Positions 32,197 to 42,307 are shown, counted from the first letter of the stretch. The stretch is 58,647 nt of DNA from an uncultured Bacteroidales bacterium (GCA_945828585.1 CALZRN010000001.1:1-58647), one strand, 5' to 3'. The notes: generated from the sequence alone by a model not told the origin. Made by a program: numbers and translations.

Positions 32197-32268
32197 ATAA
32201 AAACAAAGAAGGATGTCTCCCGACATCCCAATCTTTTTACTTAACCTTAAATCTAATACCATGAAAAA
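32190..32268 (-). ncRNA. candidate short transcript from an orphan promoter to the terminator hairpin
   Basis: A minus-strand promoter at 32273-32315 points away from trmD into a gene-free gap of about 110 nt that ends in the hairpin plus T-run. Only a 26-codon ORF is possible. Confidence 0.25.
32211..32228. terminator. bidirectional terminator hairpin
   Basis: GGATGTC-tccc-GACATCC is flanked by an A-run upstream and a T-run downstream, so it can terminate both strands. Confidence 0.55.
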
Positions 32269-32272
32269 CACG

Positions 32273-32315
32273 GTGCAAAAGTACTGCTTTTTTGCGATAT
32301 GACCAAATATTTTTG
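32273..32315 (-). promoter_or_regulatory. Orphan Bacteroidota-type promoter
   Basis: The minus strand reads AAAAAAGCAGTACTTTTGCACCG. The -7 box corresponds to + 32276-32283. Confidence 0.5.
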
Positions 32316-32390
32316 AAAAAAAATGTTATAAAACATAAAATTGCAAAATCCAGTTTGCAAAAATCCGTGTTTCTCGCGATATACATCCTT

Positions 32391-33071
32391 TTACTGCTCA
32401 TCTAATAAGTCCGGTCTGCGCTCGCGCGTGTGGGCGACGGACTGCTCGTATTGCCATTCCTCGATCTTCGCCTGATGCCCCGAGAGGAGGATCTCCGGCA
32501 CTTTCCATCCCTTATAGTCCGCCGGGCGGGTATAGACGCCTGCTTCGAGCAAGCCGTCCTGGAAGGAGTCATTGAGGGCAGACTCGACATCGCCGAGCGC
32601 TCCGGGCAGAAGACGCACGATAGCGTCCGTCATCATCGCCGCCGGCATCTCTCCGCCGGTGAGAACAAAATCTCCGATACTATACTCCTTGGTAATCAGG
32701 TGGTCGCGCACGCGCTGGTCCACGCCCTTATAATGTCCGCAAAGGATGATGAGGTTTTGTTTGAGCGAGAGTGCATTCGCTGCTTTCTGGTCAAAACGTT
32801 CTCCATCCGGGGCGGTAAAAATAACCTCGTCGTAGTCCCGCTCGGATTTCAGATGGGAGATGAGGCGGTCGATAGGCTCAATCTGCAGAACCATGCCGGC
32901 ACCGAAGCCAAAGGCATAATCGTCCACCTTGCGGTGTTTATCGAGGGTCCAGTCACGTAAGTTATGCACGTAGATCTCGCAAAGGCCTTTGTCCTTCGCG
33001 CGTTGGATGATAGAGTGATTGAGCGGCGAGTCCAATAACTCCGGGCAACAAGTGATGATATCGATACGCAT
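32391..33071 (-). CDS. trmD: tRNA (guanine37-N1)-methyltransferase
   Basis: 226 aa with the typical [13 protein letters not shown] start, [10 protein letters not shown] and [11 protein letters not shown] motifs. Confidence 0.92.
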   Translation of the reverse strand: MRIDIITCCPELLDSPLNHSIIQRAKDKGLCEIYVHNLRDWTLDKHRKVDDYAFGFGAGMVLQIEPIDRLISHLKSERDYDEVIFTAPDGERFDQKAANALSLKQNLIILCGHYKGVDQRVRDHLITKEYSIGDFVLTGGEMPAAMMTDAIVRLLPGALGDVESALNDSFQDGLLEAGVYTRPADYKGWKVPEILLSGHQAKIEEWQYEQSVAHTRERRPDLLDEQ

Positions 33072-33117
33072 AGCGGTTTTTCTCCGAAAAACGTTAAATA
33101 GTTAAAAAGTTAAAATG

Positions 33118-33137
33118 GTTTTGTTTGACAACAAAAC
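33118..33137 (-). terminator. hairpin downstream of yidD
   Basis: GTTTTGTT-tgac-AACAAAAC is followed on the minus strand by a T-rich stretch. It is embedded in GTTAAA word repeats (33092-33120). Confidence 0.4.
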
Positions 33138-33146
33138 GTTAAGCTG

Positions 33147-33404
33147 TTAAGGGACGGGGTCATAACCGGAGCCACCCCAAGGATGGCACCGGAGGATACG
33201 TTTGATGCCGAGCCATCCGCCTTTGAAGGGTCCGTACTTGAGGACCGCCTCCACCATGTACTGGCTGCAGGTCGGTGTATAACGGCACGAGGGCGGCGTC
33301 AGGGGTGAGATGAACGCCCGGTAGAAATAAACGGGAAGAAGGAAAACCTTGCGTATGAAAGTTTTCCATTTAGGGGTTGATATTTGGGATTGATTATTTT
33401 CCAT
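33147..33404 (-). CDS. yidD: membrane protein insertion efficiency factor YidD
   Basis: The conserved core [31 protein letters not shown] is present. Start set at MENNQ (33404), overlapping the rnpA stop. Confidence 0.8.
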   Translation of the reverse strand: MENNQSQISTPKWKTFIRKVFLLPVYFYRAFISPLTPPSCRYTPTCSQYMVEAVLKYGPFKGGWLGIKRILRCHPWGGSGYDPVP

Positions 33405-33741
33405 TGATCTTACGCAGCGCCTTCTGCACGGCTTTCTCGATGACGGGGAAGGGTTGTTCCTCTTTGTCGATATAATTGAAGGCAAGCAGCACTTTTTTCT
33501 CCCCTAAGAGCGACTGATTGAGGCGGAAGGCTTCACGCATCAGACGCCTCAGATGATTGCGTTTGACGGCACGCTTGAAGAGCGATTTGGGCGCCCAGAC
33601 GAGGACGCGGGTTTGTTCCTCGGAGATCTCCTGAAAGGTCACGCGAAGAGGCCACGACGTGAATCGCTTGCCGGACTTATAGAACGCTGCTATCTCCTGC
33701 GCTCCGCATAACTTTGCTTCCTTCGGAAAACTATACCCCAT
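33394..33741 (-). CDS. rnpA: ribonuclease P protein component
   Basis: 115 aa and basic, with an RNR-like motif [18 protein letters not shown]. Upstream of yidD, as is usual. Confidence 0.85.
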   Translation of the reverse strand: MGYSFPKEAKLCGAQEIAAFYKSGKRFTSWPLRVTFQEISEEQTRVLVWAPKSLFKRAVKRNHLRRLMREAFRLNQSLLGEKKVLLAFNYIDKEEQPFPVIEKAVQKALRKINGK

Positions 33742-33770
33742 ACCCCTTCGTCTATAACCTTTCGCTTTTA

Positions 33771-34517
33771 TTACTGATTCTTATCCAGATAATCTGCGAT
33801 TGCCATAGGCAGGGACGCAAAAGGTTTGCCTTGTCCTGCCTCTATATCCACGCGATAACCGGCTTCCTCGAGGGCACGGATAGTACCTTCGCCGAAAGCA
33901 GCGATGATGGTCTTGCCTTGTTTCCAATCAGGGAAATTCTCCTTAAGCGAAGTGACGCCGGCAGGAGTGAAGAGAGCGATGAGGTCGTAGTTAAAGTCCC
34001 TATCCTTGGGCCAGGGGGTGCTGACCGTGCGGTACATGATCGCCGGAGTGACCTCGATAGCGTTCTCGGCGAACATATTGATCTGGTCGTCCGTGTGGAT
34101 ATCGGAGAGTACCATGAGGTATTTCTCATTCGGCCGACGGTGCATCGCCGGCAGCAGGTCCTCGAACTTATTTCCTTGCTCGGGGAAGAAGACCTTACGC
34201 TTGCGATAGTTGATAAATTTCTGGAGGTACAGTCCTACCTGCTCGGAGTTGCAGTAGTAATGCATCGAATCCGGCACATTGAGGCGCATCTCTTCGCAAA
34301 GACGGAAGTAATGCTCTGCACCCAGACGGGAGTTGAGGATGACGGCCGTGTAGTCCAGCGGGTTGATACGCTGCTGGCGAAACTCCCTCGCCGTCAGTCC
34401 TTCGATATGAATAAACTGATAGAAATCACACTGGACTCCGTACAACTCTTCCAAACGAGAGTACGGCGTATGCGCAGCCTCCGGACGGGGTTGAGAAAAA
34501 AGAATTCGTTTTATCAT
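33771..34517 (-). CDS. hemD: uroporphyrinogen-III synthase
   Basis: 248 aa. HemD-like two-lobe pattern, and conserved Bacteroidota pairing with the upstream DUF4271 gene. Confidence 0.75.
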   Translation of the reverse strand: MIKRILFSQPRPEAAHTPYSRLEELYGVQCDFYQFIHIEGLTAREFRQQRINPLDYTAVILNSRLGAEHYFRLCEEMRLNVPDSMHYYCNSEQVGLYLQKFINYRKRKVFFPEQGNKFEDLLPAMHRRPNEKYLMVLSDIHTDDQINMFAENAIEVTPAIMYRTVSTPWPKDRDFNYDLIALFTPAGVTSLKENFPDWKQGKTIIAAFGEGTIRALEEAGYRVDIEAGQGKPFASLPMAIADYLDKNQ

Positions 34518-35167
34518 AGAAAAGCTATCATTTTATCAGATAAGTAAAAAAGCGCCATAAGCGGCAAGACCTCTACCGTCGCTATATACAGGACGAGATA
34601 GATCAACGCCGCCGGGGAGACGAGATATGTCCTCGCGCAGCGGTATAGCCACACGCCTAAGAAGAGCACCGCCATAATGCCGATCGTCCACCTCGTAGCG
34701 AGGGTACTACGACAATGCAGGAGGATGAGCAAGACCGGATAAAGAGCTACGGTCGTGACGGTGATGAGGTTGCTGTAGGCCTCATGCGCAGCGCCAAAAC
34801 GGCGCGAGAGGAGGAAGGTATAATCCAGCAGCGCGCATATCCCCGTCTTCACCAAGGTCACTGCCACAATCAGTCCGGCGGTTACCCAGAATGCCAAGAA
34901 AGGCGCATGATTGAGCGTGCAGAAACACAGGCACAGCGCCATCGAAAGCACTCCCAGACGGAAAAGGGAGATGAAGAGCAGCCCGGGGAAATTAGACGGA
35001 GAGTCCTTATAGACACGGTCGCCGCGTGAGAAGACCACCGACGGAGACTGCGTCACGATACCCGGCTGGAAGACCTCTGCGAGGAACGCAAAGAGCAGCA
35101 GACTGAGCATCATCCATGCGCACCACGGCGCAGAGAGCAAGGTGTATATATGCGTTACTCCGTCCAT
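34514..35167 (-). CDS. DUF4271-like integral membrane protein
   Basis: 217 aa with about 6 TM segments. The position upstream of hemD is typical. Confidence 0.65.
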   Translation of the reverse strand: MDGVTHIYTLLSAPWCAWMMLSLLLFAFLAEVFQPGIVTQSPSVVFSRGDRVYKDSPSNFPGLLFISLFRLGVLSMALCLCFCTLNHAPFLAFWVTAGLIVAVTLVKTGICALLDYTFLLSRRFGAAHEAYSNLITVTTVALYPVLLILLHCRSTLATRWTIGIMAVLFLGVWLYRCARTYLVSPAALIYLVLYIATVEVLPLMALFYLSDKMIAFL

Positions 35168-36414
35168 AAATATAGTTTATCGCCGCGACGCACGATACCG
35201 TCCGTCTTGAGCGAGAAGAATTGTCCTTTTTGTATTGTGTGCGCAGGCTTGCCGTGGGTGTCGCGGATGTCCGTCAGCGTCACCTCCATCACGCCGGTCG
35301 TCTCACCGGTGATGAGGCAGGCTTGTCCTTCCTCGACCTGCGGAACGGCCTCCACGAGGAACTCCGCCACGAAGAGGTTCTTGAAGAAATTGGTACACTT
35401 ACCAGCGTAGATCTTCTTCCTCGTCGCCTTATTGCCATACTCATGAGTCCACTCGCCGAGCCGTTGACCCTGGTAGTAACCGTCCCAGAACCCGCGGTTG
35501 AAGACCCGGCTGAGCCGTTCGTCCCAAGCGGCTATCTTCGGTTCGATAACCGCATTATCCGCATACTCGCCTGCCTGCCAAGCCTCCACGGCTTCCTTAT
35601 AGCACCGCACGACCGTATCGACGTACTCCGCCCCGCGGGCACGACCTTCGATCTTCAGCACCCGAACCCCGGCATCCAGCATCTTATTGAGAAAACCGAT
35701 GGTCTTGAGGTCCTTCGGGGACATGATATACTGGTTGTCTATATCAAGCTCCAGATCAGAGGACTTGTCTTTGACCGTATACCCTCGGCGGCAGACCTGT
35801 ACACAGGCACCGCGGTTCGCCGAGAGGCCGTAGTTATTGAGACTCAGGTAACACTTACCGCTAACCGCCATGCAAAGCGCCCCATGGCAGAACATCTCGA
35901 TGCGCAGCAGTTCGCCTTTAGGGCCTTTGATCTGCTGCTCCACGATGTCCCGGTGAATCGATGCCACCTGCTCCATGTTTAGCTCCCTTGCCAAGACGAC
36001 GACGTCCGCAAAACGTGCGTAGAAGCGCAGCGCCGCAGTATTAGCTATATTGAGTTGGGTAGATAGGTGCACCTCCACGCCTTGACTCACGGCATACTCC
36101 ATGACGGCGATGTCCGAAGCGATGATGGCATCGAGACCTGCCGCCTTTGCGTTATCGACGATCTCCCGCATCAAGGGCAGATCCTCGGGGTACATGACCG
36201 TATTGAGCGTCAGGTAGGTCTTCACGCCCGCCTCGCGGCAGGTAGCAACAATCGTATGCAAGTCCTCCGTCGTGAAATTAACCGAACTGCGAGCCCTCAT
36301 ATTCAGGTGCTCGATGCCGAAATAGACCGAGGTTGCCCCAGCCTGTATCGCCGCAGCCAAAGACTCCCAGCACCCAACGGGGGCCATGATATTTACCATT
36401 TGCTCATTTACCAT
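35155..36414 (-). CDS. peptidase U32 family protein
   Basis: APVGCWESLAAAIQAGATSVYFG and the EMFCHGALCMAVSGKC motif. The first 9 codons (MVNEQMVNI) are encoded by the word repeat, so the true start may be the ATG at 36387. Confidence 0.85.
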   Translation of the reverse strand: MVNEQMVNIMAPVGCWESLAAAIQAGATSVYFGIEHLNMRARSSVNFTTEDLHTIVATCREAGVKTYLTLNTVMYPEDLPLMREIVDNAKAAGLDAIIASDIAVMEYAVSQGVEVHLSTQLNIANTAALRFYARFADVVVLARELNMEQVASIHRDIVEQQIKGPKGELLRIEMFCHGALCMAVSGKCYLSLNNYGLSANRGACVQVCRRGYTVKDKSSDLELDIDNQYIMSPKDLKTIGFLNKMLDAGVRVLKIEGRARGAEYVDTVVRCYKEAVEAWQAGEYADNAVIEPKIAAWDERLSRVFNRGFWDGYYQGQRLGEWTHEYGNKATRKKIYAGKCTNFFKNLFVAEFLVEAVPQVEEGQACLITGETTGVMEVTLTDIRDTHGKPAHTIQKGQFFSLKTDGIVRRGDKLYLWTE

Positions 36415-36452
36415 TTGGTCATTTATTTAGCCATTTGGCCATTGAGGTACTC
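36389..36452. repeat. CATTTACC/CCATTTGG word repeat filling a gene junction
   Basis: atatttaccatttgctcatttaccatttggtcatttatttagccatttggccattg spans the U32 start and the asd stop. It encodes MVNEQMVN and NGQMAK-stop. Confidence 0.9.
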
Positions 36453-37430
36453 CGCTATCTGGACGGCATTGAGGGCAGCGCCCTTGCGGATCTGGTCGCT
36501 GACGCACCAGAAACTCAGTCCGTTCTCGTCCGTGAGGTCCTTGCGTACACGGCCGATGAAGACCTCATCCTTGCCGCTTAAAAACAAGGGCATCGGGTAG
36601 ATCTTCTTCTCCGGCTCATCCATCAGCACGCATCCTTCCGCCTTCGAGAACGCCTCTTTGGCTTCCTCTACGGAGATAGGCCGCTCAGTCTCTACCCAGA
36701 CGCTCTCGCTATGCGCCCTGAGCGACGGCACGCGGACGCAGGTAGCGCTGACTTTCACGTCCGAATGCATGATCTTACGCGTCTCGTTATGCATCTTCAT
36801 CTCCTCCTTGGTATAGCCGTTGTCGGTGAAGACATCGATATGAGGGATGACGTTATTGGCTAACTGATACGCAAACTTCTCGACCGTCGGCTCCTCTCCG
36901 TTGAGAAGCTGGCGGTACTGGTTTTGTAACTCCTTCATCGCCTGTGCGCCTGCACCGGAAGCCGCCTGATAGGTCGATACATGCACGCGGCGGATATGAC
37001 TCAGACGTTCGATGGCCTGCAAAGCCACAACCATCTGAATCGTCGTACAGTTTGGGTTAGCAATGATATTCCGCGGCCTTACCAAGGCGTCCGAGGCGTT
37101 CACCTCCGGCACCACCAGAGGTACATCGTCGTCCATACGAAAAGCAGAGGAGTTATCTATCATGATGGCTCCGTAACGGGTGATGGTGTCCGCATACGTA
37201 CGTGACACGCCTGCACCCGCGGAGACAAACGCAATATCGACGCCCTTGAAAGCGTCGTTATCTTGTAGTAGTTGTACTTCGTACTCTTTGCCACAAAAAA
37301 GATATTTCTTGCCGGCACTTCGCTCCGAACCGAACAGTCGCAGTTCGGAGAGAGGAAACTGCCGCTGTGCGAGCACAGCCAACAGTTCCTGTCCGACGGC
37401 GCCGGAGGCGCCTACGATTGCAATAACCAT
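36423..37430 (-). CDS. asd: aspartate-semialdehyde dehydrogenase
   Basis: 335 aa with VGASGAVGQ and [10 protein letters not shown] (active-site Cys region). Confidence 0.92.
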   Translation of the reverse strand: MVIAIVGASGAVGQELLAVLAQRQFPLSELRLFGSERSAGKKYLFCGKEYEVQLLQDNDAFKGVDIAFVSAGAGVSRTYADTITRYGAIMIDNSSAFRMDDDVPLVVPEVNASDALVRPRNIIANPNCTTIQMVVALQAIERLSHIRRVHVSTYQAASGAGAQAMKELQNQYRQLLNGEEPTVEKFAYQLANNVIPHIDVFTDNGYTKEEMKMHNETRKIMHSDVKVSATCVRVPSLRAHSESVWVETERPISVEEAKEAFSKAEGCVLMDEPEKKIYPMPLFLSGKDEVFIGRVRKDLTDENGLSFWCVSDQIRKGAALNAVQIAEYLNGQMAK

Positions 37431-37432
37431 AC

Positions 37433-37627
37433 TTAAGCCAGTGCAACAAAGAGGTCTGCCTCTTTCTCCTCGAAAGTCAGTTTACCTTCGCGAGCCAGCC
37501 ATCCCAAAGCCAAGAAGAGCTCATCGTTCTTCAGCTTGGTAGCTTTCTTCAGTGCTTTCAGACCCTGTGCACCATTCTGCAATGCGCCCCATACGAGGCC
37601 TGCGTTTTCGCCAATTTTTGTAATCAT
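37433..37627 (-). CDS. small winged-helix protein (DUF2582-like)
   Basis: 64 aa. The [12 protein letters not shown]...[12 protein letters not shown] pattern is typical. Confidence 0.65.
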   Translation of the reverse strand: MITKIGENAGLVWGALQNGAQGLKALKKATKLKNDELFLALGWLAREGKLTFEEKEADLFVALA

Positions 37628-37683
37628 AATACCTTAATTTTTAAGTGACTAATACAGGGGACAATCAAGGGGCCCCTTCCCTA

Positions 37684-38943
37684 TTATTCTTCCCATTTCT
37701 TAAACACCAGGCAGGCGTTATGGCCGCCAAAACCGAAGGTGTTGCTCAGCGCATACTTGATATCGCGTTTCTGGGCTTTACCAAAGGTAAAGTTAATACG
37801 ATAGTCGATGTTCTCATCCTCGTCCCCGGGGTCATGGTTGATGGTCGGCGGGATGATGCCTTCCTTGAGCGCCATGACGCAAGCGATAGCCTCCACGGCG
37901 CCTGTAGCACCGATGAGGTGACCGGTCATGGATTTGGTCGAATCGAGGTTCATGTCGTACACATGCTCGCCGAAGACACGCTGGATCGCCTTCACCTCCG
38001 TCACGTCGCCCAGAGGAGTCGATGTGCCGTGGGTATTGATAAAATCGATCTGCTCGGGTTGCAGTCCGGCATCCTTCAGCGCCAGACGCATCACGCGCTC
38101 CGCCCCTTTACCCTCAGGATCGGGAGCAGTCATATGGTACGCATCGGAGGTCATTCCTTCGCCTACTATCTCTGCGTAGATCTTCGCTCCGCGTGCCTTG
38201 GCATGCTCGTAGTCCTCCAGGATCAGACAGGCAGCTCCTTCGCCCAAGACGAATCCGTCGCGGGACTTGGAGAACGGACGGCTGGCGGTCGTTGCCTGCT
38301 CGTTATTGGTAGAAAGCGCGTGCAGCGAGTTGAAACCGCCGATACCCGTATAGGTCACATCAGCGTCTGCACCACCGGTCAGCAGCACATCGGCATGCCC
38401 CAGACGGATCTGATCAAAGGCCGAACCTACCGCGTGTGACGAAGACGAGCAGGCGGTGCTGACCGAGAAACTCGGACCACCCAGGCCGAAACGGATGGAT
38501 ATCTGACCGGCTGCGATAGATGGGATCGCCTTCGGAATCATGAAGGGATTGAAACGGGGTACACCGTCACCTTTGGCGAAATCGATGATCTCCTCTTCGG
38601 TAGATTGCAGACCGCCCATGCCACTACCCCAAACCACGCCGACACGGCTGCGGTCCTCCTTGTCGAGATCCAGCCCGCTGTCCTGAAGCGCTTCGTTCGC
38701 CACCCACACGGAGAACTGAGAGTAGCGGTCCATTTTACGCGCTTCCTTGCGATCCATCAGAGGAGAGGGATCAAAGTTCTTCACTTCTCCCGCAAAATGG
38801 GTCTTGAACTTCGTGGAATCAAACGCCGTGATGGGCGCTATTCCGCTAACACCATTAACCATGGCCTGCCAGGTCTCCGGAGCCGAATTACCCACGGGCG
38901 TAAGCGCGCCTAAGCCTGTAATAACTACTCGTTTGAGTTGCAT
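37684..38943 (-). CDS. fabF: beta-ketoacyl-ACP synthase II
   Basis: 419 aa with active-site ACSSS, HGTSTPLGD and the GFGGHNA tail. Confidence 0.93.
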   Translation of the reverse strand: MQLKRVVITGLGALTPVGNSAPETWQAMVNGVSGIAPITAFDSTKFKTHFAGEVKNFDPSPLMDRKEARKMDRYSQFSVWVANEALQDSGLDLDKEDRSRVGVVWGSGMGGLQSTEEEIIDFAKGDGVPRFNPFMIPKAIPSIAAGQISIRFGLGGPSFSVSTACSSSSHAVGSAFDQIRLGHADVLLTGGADADVTYTGIGGFNSLHALSTNNEQATTASRPFSKSRDGFVLGEGAACLILEDYEHAKARGAKIYAEIVGEGMTSDAYHMTAPDPEGKGAERVMRLALKDAGLQPEQIDFINTHGTSTPLGDVTEVKAIQRVFGEHVYDMNLDSTKSMTGHLIGATGAVEAIACVMALKEGIIPPTINHDPGDEDENIDYRINFTFGKAQKRDIKYALSNTFGFGGHNACLVFKKWEE

Positions 38944-39022
38944 AAATCCTGTACGACTATATATAAAAGCATAACGAGTTTACAGTATTCCCGTAAACTC
39001 GCAAACTCAGATGAAAAGAAAA

Positions 39023-39262
39023 TTACTTTCCTGCTTTCTTCTCAACATAAGCGATCGCGTCGCCTACGGTAGCAATCTTCTGGGTGTCCTCGTCCGGGAT
39101 CTCTACGTTGAACTCCTTCTCAAACTCCATGATCATCTCAACAGTGTCCAGCGAATCAGCGCCCAGATCAGTTTGGAAATTAGCCTCGTTGGTAATTTGA
39201 GACTCTTCTACACCAAGTTTATCAGCAATGATTGCTTTTACTTTTGCTTCAATTTCTGCCAT
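39023..39262 (-). CDS. acpP: acyl carrier protein (housekeeping)
   Basis: 79 aa with [10 protein letters not shown]. Lies upstream of fabF. Confidence 0.92.
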   Translation of the reverse strand: MAEIEAKVKAIIADKLGVEESQITNEANFQTDLGADSLDTVEMIMEFEKEFNVEIPDEDTQKIATVGDAIAYVEKKAGK

Positions 39263-39347
39263 AATACGAAACGTTTTAGTTTTATTATTTTTTGTGTGTT
39301 TTTAATAATTTCAGTACACTTTTATTTCCGCCTATTTCGGAAAAACG

Positions 39348-39392
39348 GTGCAAAATTACTGCTTTTTTCTCGAATATGCAAATTTTTTTGCC
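39348..39392 (-). promoter_or_regulatory. Bacteroidota-type promoter for acpP-fabF
   Basis: The minus strand reads TTTGCATATTCGAGAAAAAAGCAGTAATTTTGCACCG. The -7 box corresponds to + 39351-39358. Confidence 0.65.
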
Positions 39393-40226
39393 TTATTTTT
39401 CAATTTTGTCACCTAAATATAGCACAATTTTGCCTAAAAAACCTCCTGCCTTGCCCATTTGGCATACAGGAACGCTATCTCCGTCCAAATTAGCGACGCG
39501 TAAATTATCATATAATTTATGGGTATGTCCACCGATCACGGCATCCATCCCGCGCGTGTTTTGGACGAGTTGCACATCGCAGACATCTTCTGCGGCCTTG
39601 CCATACGTACCGAGGTGACTGAGACAAACGACAATGTCGCATTTTTCCGCCCGCAGGGCATCCGCTGCTTTCTGGGCGGATTCATATGGGTCAAGGTACT
39701 TCGCCGGCAGGAAGTTCTTATCAGAGATCAGGCCTTTCGGGTCACAACCAAGACCCAAGATGCCTATCTTCAGCCCACCTTTACGGACAATCACAAAAGG
39801 CTTTGTCTTACCTTCCATCGCTGTGCCGGTAAAATCATAGTTAGCGCATACGACAGGAAACGATGCGGTCTCCAGCACCGCCGCCAAAGTGTCCAGACCA
39901 TTATCAAACTCATGATTGCCGAGGGTCACAGCGTCGTAGCCCATGCGGTTCATGGCATCGATCTCTACACGACCGTGATAAAAATTGAAATACGGCGTAC
40001 CCTGACAGAAATCGCCGGCATCGACCAGCAACAAGTTCTCATCCGCCTGCCGTTCCCGCTCAATCACCCCCATACGCCGCGCGTACCCTCCTTGGCCGTT
40101 AGCCTTGGGTTCTACCTGCGAGTGCGTATCATTCGTATGCAGGATCGTCAGATGATCCGATTTCGGCGTACATGCTATCAAAAAGACAAATGGACAAAGT
40201 ACAAGGTACAAAAGAATTCGTTTCAT
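39393..40226 (-). CDS. metallophosphoesterase (5'-nucleotidase N-terminal type) lipoprotein
   Basis: 277 aa with a lipobox-like LIAC, plus the motifs HTNDTHS, DAGDF, GNHEFD and GGHTH. Confidence 0.8.
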   Translation of the reverse strand: MKRILLYLVLCPFVFLIACTPKSDHLTILHTNDTHSQVEPKANGQGGYARRMGVIERERQADENLLLVDAGDFCQGTPYFNFYHGRVEIDAMNRMGYDAVTLGNHEFDNGLDTLAAVLETASFPVVCANYDFTGTAMEGKTKPFVIVRKGGLKIGILGLGCDPKGLISDKNFLPAKYLDPYESAQKAADALRAEKCDIVVCLSHLGTYGKAAEDVCDVQLVQNTRGMDAVIGGHTHKLYDNLRVANLDGDSVPVCQMGKAGGFLGKIVLYLGDKIEK

Positions 40227-40231
40227 AGTAA

Positions 40232-42040
40232 TTAGAATTTTTTCTCTATCTCCTCGTTGCTCAAAAGCGAGAGAACCGTCTTGCCATCCGGAGTGATGCG
40301 ATGGGTGGGAATTTGCATCAGAGACGAGACCAACTCGCGCATCTCTTTCTCGTTCAGGCTCTTACCCACAGGTATCGCAGCGCTCTGGGCCAACGAGAGC
40401 GCGATCTGCTCCCTCCACTCGGCACGCGTATCTGCACCGCGTTCGCGGACGCAGGAGAGGATCTGCTGCAGTACCGGCACAGGTGACTGAGCAGCGATCT
40501 GCGACGGCACGCCTTGTATCGAGTAGCTGTCCGGCGATAATTGCTCTAACTCAAAGCCTATCGTCCGCAGTTCCTCAGCTATCTGACCGACCAGCACCAT
40601 CTCGTCAGGACTGAGAGAGATCACTTCGGGGAAGAGTAACTGCTGACTCGCACCTTGCGAGTGAGCCATCTGGTCCAGGAACCGATGGTACAATATCGTC
40701 ACATGCGCGCGGTGCTGGTGAATCATCGTCAGCCCCTCTTCGCCCGGCAGGAGGATATACTTTCCGTTATACTGCCAAAGGGGTCCGCTATCTATCTCTG
40801 TCAGCGGCATAGCCGCGGTCTGTGCTCTGTCAGGCGTAGCCGGTCCGTCAGCGAAGCGGTCTGTCCGGGCTCCCTCATACAGGCTCTCCCAACTCTTCGG
40901 AGCCTTGTCGGGGTAGATTGTGCCGCGCGTGTGGAAGGGGTTATACGTCGGATCGACAGCCACCTGCGGACGAGAGACCCGGTCCGTCGACGGCATAGGG
41001 ATATCAATCGCTCCACGGGTGTCGAAATCAATCGTCGGCGCCAAGGTGAACTTACCTAAAGCCTCACGTACCGCCGCCATCAGGATCTGGAAGATAGCCT
41101 GCTCGTCGGCAAACTTAATCTCCGTCTTCGTCGGGTGGATATTCACATCAATCGACTCCGGAGAGATATCGAAATAGATAAAGAAAGACGGCTGATAGTC
41201 CGCCGTGAGCATGCCTGAATAAGCAGTCATGACGGCTTTCTGGAAGTACGGATGACGCATGTACCGGCCGTTCACAAAGAAATACTGCTCGGCCTTGCGC
41301 GTCGCGTTCTCCGGCTTGATGACGAACCCTCGTATAGAGACCAACTCCGTCTCCGTATGCACATCGACGAAAGCGGAAGTAAAAGCATTTCGTTTGGGAT
41401 TGCCAAAGACCGCCTCGATGCGCTGTTTCTCTGTGCCGGCCGGCAGTTCTAACAGGATCTCATCGTTATGAACAAAAGTGAAGTTCACCTTCGGATAAAC
41501 CAACACGATATGGTAGAACTCCGTCAGGAGATTGCGCAACTCCGTCTGGTCGGTCTTAAGGAACTTACGCCGGACGGGGACGTTAAAAAAGAGGTTGGAG
41601 ACCTTGATATTCGTGCCCACGGGACATGAACAAGGCTCCTGACGGACGACGTCCGAGCCGTGTATCTCTATCAGCGTACCGGTCTCATCCTCCGCACGGC
41701 GGGTCATCATCTCCACTTGCGACACCGCGCATATCGACGGTAAGGCTTCCCCGCGAAAACCCATCGTCCGTAACGTAAACAGATCCTGCGCCTCGCGGAT
41801 CTTACTCGTCGCATGGCGTTCAAAAGCCAGACGAGCGTCCATCTCGCTCATGCCGATACCATTATCTATCACCTGCAGCAACGTCCTACCGGCATCACGA
41901 ACGATGACTTGGATACGGGTAGCTCCCGCGTCCAAGCTGTTCTCCACCAACTCTTTGAGGCACGATGCAGGCCGTTGAATGACCTCTCCTGCCGCGATCT
42001 GGTTGGCTACACTATCCGGTAACAGATGAATGATATCCAT
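40232..42040 (-). CDS. mutL: DNA mismatch repair protein MutL
   Basis: Start set at MDIIHLLPDSVANQIAAGEV. GHKL ATPase motifs are present (ELVENSLDAG, DNGIGM). Confidence 0.92.
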   Translation of the reverse strand: MDIIHLLPDSVANQIAAGEVIQRPASCLKELVENSLDAGATRIQVIVRDAGRTLLQVIDNGIGMSEMDARLAFERHATSKIREAQDLFTLRTMGFRGEALPSICAVSQVEMMTRRAEDETGTLIEIHGSDVVRQEPCSCPVGTNIKVSNLFFNVPVRRKFLKTDQTELRNLLTEFYHIVLVYPKVNFTFVHNDEILLELPAGTEKQRIEAVFGNPKRNAFTSAFVDVHTETELVSIRGFVIKPENATRKAEQYFFVNGRYMRHPYFQKAVMTAYSGMLTADYQPSFFIYFDISPESIDVNIHPTKTEIKFADEQAIFQILMAAVREALGKFTLAPTIDFDTRGAIDIPMPSTDRVSRPQVAVDPTYNPFHTRGTIYPDKAPKSWESLYEGARTDRFADGPATPDRAQTAAMPLTEIDSGPLWQYNGKYILLPGEEGLTMIHQHRAHVTILYHRFLDQMAHSQGASQQLLFPEVISLSPDEMVLVGQIAEELRTIGFELEQLSPDSYSIQGVPSQIAAQSPVPVLQQILSCVRERGADTRAEWREQIALSLAQSAAIPVGKSLNEKEMRELVSSLMQIPTHRITPDGKTVLSLLSNEEIEKKF

Positions 42041-42070
42041 ACTCCACGCGCGCGAACGTGCGCGCAATTA

Positions 42071-42307
42071 TTAAAGGAATAGATAGATGCCGAACACGAG
42101 CAGACCAATCAACACAAACCAGATCAGCAGTTTGGACTGCCGTTTCTGCTTCATGATCGTCATGTTCTTCTCATGCTCCTCTCTAAACGCCCCACGACGA
42201 AGACGCGCAAGTCTTTTATCCTTGCGCGCCTCTTTTTCTTCGTCGAAGTAAATGGGGCGATAGTCCCATTCTCGGGGTTTGTTAATTTTCGGAAATAATA
42301 CCGACAT
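42071..42307 (-). CDS. small membrane protein, unknown function
   Basis: 78 aa with a basic region and one C-terminal TM helix. Its start overlaps the stop of the upstream gene by 1 nt. Confidence 0.5.
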   Translation of the reverse strand: MSVLFPKINKPREWDYRPIYFDEEKEARKDKRLARLRRGAFREEHEKNMTIMKQKRQSKLLIWFVLIGLLVFGIYLFL

